From Promethearchaeota archaeon (lineage in GTDB: Archaea > Asgardarchaeota > Lokiarchaeia > Sigyniarchaeales > SOKP01), in contig JBHLMP010000012.1 of assembly GCA_048938025.1 (NCBI GenBank), positions 13,706 through 43,036 of the forward strand: a stretch of 29,331 bases of DNA, read 5' to 3'. A program made the translations under genes and the position numbers. The notes below the pieces were generated by a model. That model ran no database searches and was not told the origin of the DNA. It worked only from the letters and a program-made list of their open reading frames with translations. Of the stretch, positions 26,962 to 29,331 are shown one piece after another (position 1 is the stretch's first letter; every line of letters starts with the position of its first letter).

Positions 26962-27945
26962 ATGAATAATAAAGAGAAAGAAGCAAGCCCAGACCAAGTA
27001 CAAGATCTTGTTATTTTTAAAACTAAGATTGAATATAAAAGAGAGGAAAAAGACAAATATCTATTTGAAACAATCGATCAAGAAGATAAAATTAAATTAG
27101 AATATGATTTTAGACCTTTTAGTGGACATTATCTCTATGCAATTCTATTAAGTAACCAGAGTTTAGCACCTATAACCGATGTTAAGATTAAAATTAAATA
27201 TCCTGAATTTTTATCTCTTACTAGGTGTACACCTCCGACAATTAATATTCCTCCTTCTGTAGAGCAAAGAGGTTCAAAACAAATAAATTTAGAATTTGAT
27301 GAATTTAATGAAAATAGTAGAAAACAAATTAATTTACACTTTAACGCTCTATCACTAAAAAATGTAGGGGAGTTAAGAACAATTGTTACCTATGTTAACA
27401 ATAAAGATTTCGTAAGGGTTCTTAATTCAGAACCAGTAGAAATCAGAATTGATAAATTAAATATAACACCCAAGATAATACCAAGTTTTCAACTAAAAAA
27501 GATTCTGCAAATACCTGGTATTAAAAAAGCAATTAAAAGTTTCGGAATCGGAACTAATATTGATTTAGATTTATTTTTCAATATTGTTGAACAAATCTTA
27601 AGAGCTCATAATTTTCAATTAATTGCTAAGGATCTCGATAATAAGATAATTTGGTATTTAGGAACTGATTTGGAGTCAGAAGAAGATATATTAATAATTA
27701 GTCAGATAGTATCAAATAAAGTAGAAGTTATTGCCGCTTCTCAAAATCACTATATCATCATCTCAATTTTAACCCAAATTTCAAATGATTTTAAAGAACG
27801 TATTTTAAGAAGAGGGATTGTGAGTTCCACAAATCACATCTATGAACTAGAATGTAAATATTGCGGCGCTGTCCTGCCTTACTTTCCTAAAAAAGGAGAA
27901 AGTATAGAATGTGAAAAATGCAATTATGAGCAAATTGTCTGGTGA
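26962..27945 (+). CDS. Hypothetical protein: Ig-like beta-sandwich plus alpha/beta platform (adaptin-appendage-like) plus C-terminal zinc ribbon
   Basis: AILLSNQSLAPITDVKIKIKYP...VTYVN Ig-like pattern; helix-strand platform region ending VEVIAASQN-helix; CKYC-x15-CEKC. The CDS is firm, the fold is inferred. Confidence 0.7.
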   Translation: MNNKEKEASPDQVQDLVIFKTKIEYKREEKDKYLFETIDQEDKIKLEYDFRPFSGHYLYAILLSNQSLAPITDVKIKIKYPEFLSLTRCTPPTINIPPSVEQRGSKQINLEFDEFNENSRKQINLHFNALSLKNVGELRTIVTYVNNKDFVRVLNSEPVEIRIDKLNITPKIIPSFQLKKILQIPGIKKAIKSFGIGTNIDLDLFFNIVEQILRAHNFQLIAKDLDNKIIWYLGTDLESEEDILIISQIVSNKVEVIAASQNHYIIISILTQISNDFKERILRRGIVSSTNHIYELECKYCGAVLPYFPKKGESIECEKCNYEQIVW

Positions 27946-28015
27946 AAACCAATTTACTTTTTTTCCCTAAAATACTCTGAAAAATAAATAAAAAAAAAAT
28001 TGATTTTTATTAATT

Positions 28016-28753
28016 TTACTTAACTTTCTTCTTATAAAGATAAATCAATGAAATAATTGCAGCTCCCATAATTATTAAAAAGAAATTTCCATAAGAGATA
28101 GCTTCTTCTTTAGACACTTGTAATTCTGCCCAATATTCAAAATCACTAGGATCATTAATATCAGCATCAATATCTGCAATAACAACGTCAGTCGCTACTA
28201 ACTTGCTATTAAAAAACCAAATATAAACTAGATTGGACCGTTCTCCCCAGACATAACTCCTCCCAGACTGAGTACCCATTCCTCTTGGATTAAAACCATA
28301 ATCATAATAAAAATAATCACTTAAACCGTCCCAAAATTCATCACGGTAATTTGTAGTCATACAAAACCCATGTTCCTCAAATGGAGTATAAAATGATACT
28401 GTTGGTGTTGCATTATCGAAATATATGAACGATTGGTTATTTAAAATTGTAGTTGTAATTTCAGTAACACTATTATAACTTGTAAGGTTAACAAATAATT
28501 CTGTTTGTTGTTCGTCCCCACCACTTGGCCATGTATTTATAGTATTAATTGTTAACTCAAATTCAGAATCAACTGGCAGAAAACCCGTGGTAGTTACTCT
28601 AACTACCCATGTGTATTTACTTCCTTCTTTAACTCCCCATTCTATATCATCGGCAGCAAGTTGCAAATCCCCTAAGGCAAAAGAAGTTAGTGTAAAAGGG
28701 ATTATTAAACTAAACATTACCAAAAGTACTAAACATAATTTTTTTGCTTTCAT
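28016..28753 (-). CDS. Exported, C-terminally membrane-anchored surface protein
   Basis: Signal peptide MKAKKLCLVLLVMFSLIIPF; acidic/aromatic beta-rich body; ISYG + TM helix + KKKVK tail. Confidence 0.8.
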   Translation of the reverse strand: MKAKKLCLVLLVMFSLIIPFTLTSFALGDLQLAADDIEWGVKEGSKYTWVVRVTTTGFLPVDSEFELTINTINTWPSGGDEQQTELFVNLTSYNSVTEITTTILNNQSFIYFDNATPTVSFYTPFEEHGFCMTTNYRDEFWDGLSDYFYYDYGFNPRGMGTQSGRSYVWGERSNLVYIWFFNSKLVATDVVIADIDADINDPSDFEYWAELQVSKEEAISYGNFFLIIMGAAIISLIYLYKKKVK

Positions 28754-29331
28754 ATTATTGGATTTAAAAATTAAATTTTATAAGTTAATATTACCCATAT
28801 TAGTATTTAATAATATCTATGGAAGTTTAATCTTAAATGATTAACATTCCTAAAGTTTCCAATTTTCGCTTATTTTACTAAACATTAAAATGTTCTAATT
28901 ATTTTCAATTCTTTCTTTTAATAATATCACAATTAAATATATCTTTTCCCTTTTCAATTAAATCCTTAGAAACATTGATTATTTTTTTCTCATTTGATTA
29001 ATTATCGTAGATTTTTCAATATTAATTAAACTTTTTCAACTTATTGAAAACACAAAAATTCTTAATTAAGCATCCCCGAATTTGATCAAATTTTTTATTT
29101 TTTCAAGAATCCTTATTGAGTATTCAAATATGTAAAGATAAGAGCATTCATAATATATTAGCGCTCTAATTTTTAACAGAAATTAAGTTACCATAAAATA
29201 TTCCTAACTTTTACGAGATTAATTATTTTCATAACTTTGAATTTTGTCGTTCGATTTTTTTCATTTTTTTCTTCATAAAATTAAGTGTGAACCAAAATCT
29301 TTAAATATCTAAAAGATGTATAACTATTTAA

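Noticed and set aside
28587-28844. 85-aa plus-strand ORF
   Set aside because: Antisense overlap with the start of the exported protein gene and no recognisable features
1-29331. CRISPR array, IS element, rRNA or selenoprotein (in-frame TGA) genes
   Set aside because: By eye, no regularly spaced repeats, transposase motifs, long GC-rich structural RNA or conserved domain interrupted by TGA was seen

Overview
AT-rich archaeal chromosomal window. It carries eS8, SRP19, a proteasome beta subunit, an archaeal-type GluRS and BHB-intron tRNA. Protein styles (zinc-ribbon-capped membrane proteins, a C-terminally anchored surface protein, an Ig+platform protein) suggest Asgard/Lokiarchaeia, which is an inference. 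There are 25 plausible CDS and two tRNA genes missing from the ORF track: tRNA-Arg(GCG) and a tRNA-Pro(GGG) split by two 29-nt introns, one at 37/38 and one in the T-loop. The best candidate for an undescribed system is the cluster at 189-3659. It encodes a farnesol-dehydrogenase/HpnA-like SDR and a divergent aldehyde dehydrogenase, each followed by one of two mutually paralogous small SCP2-like proteins, then two tandem amidases. This may be a lipid/isoprenoid alcohol oxidation module. Other points of interest are an adaptin-appendage-like protein, a JAMM protease beside psmB, an MtxX-like 'methanogen marker' and an acyltransferase with no canonical start codon. No mobile element or CRISPR array was seen. 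All family calls come from motif recognition by eye, not database searches.
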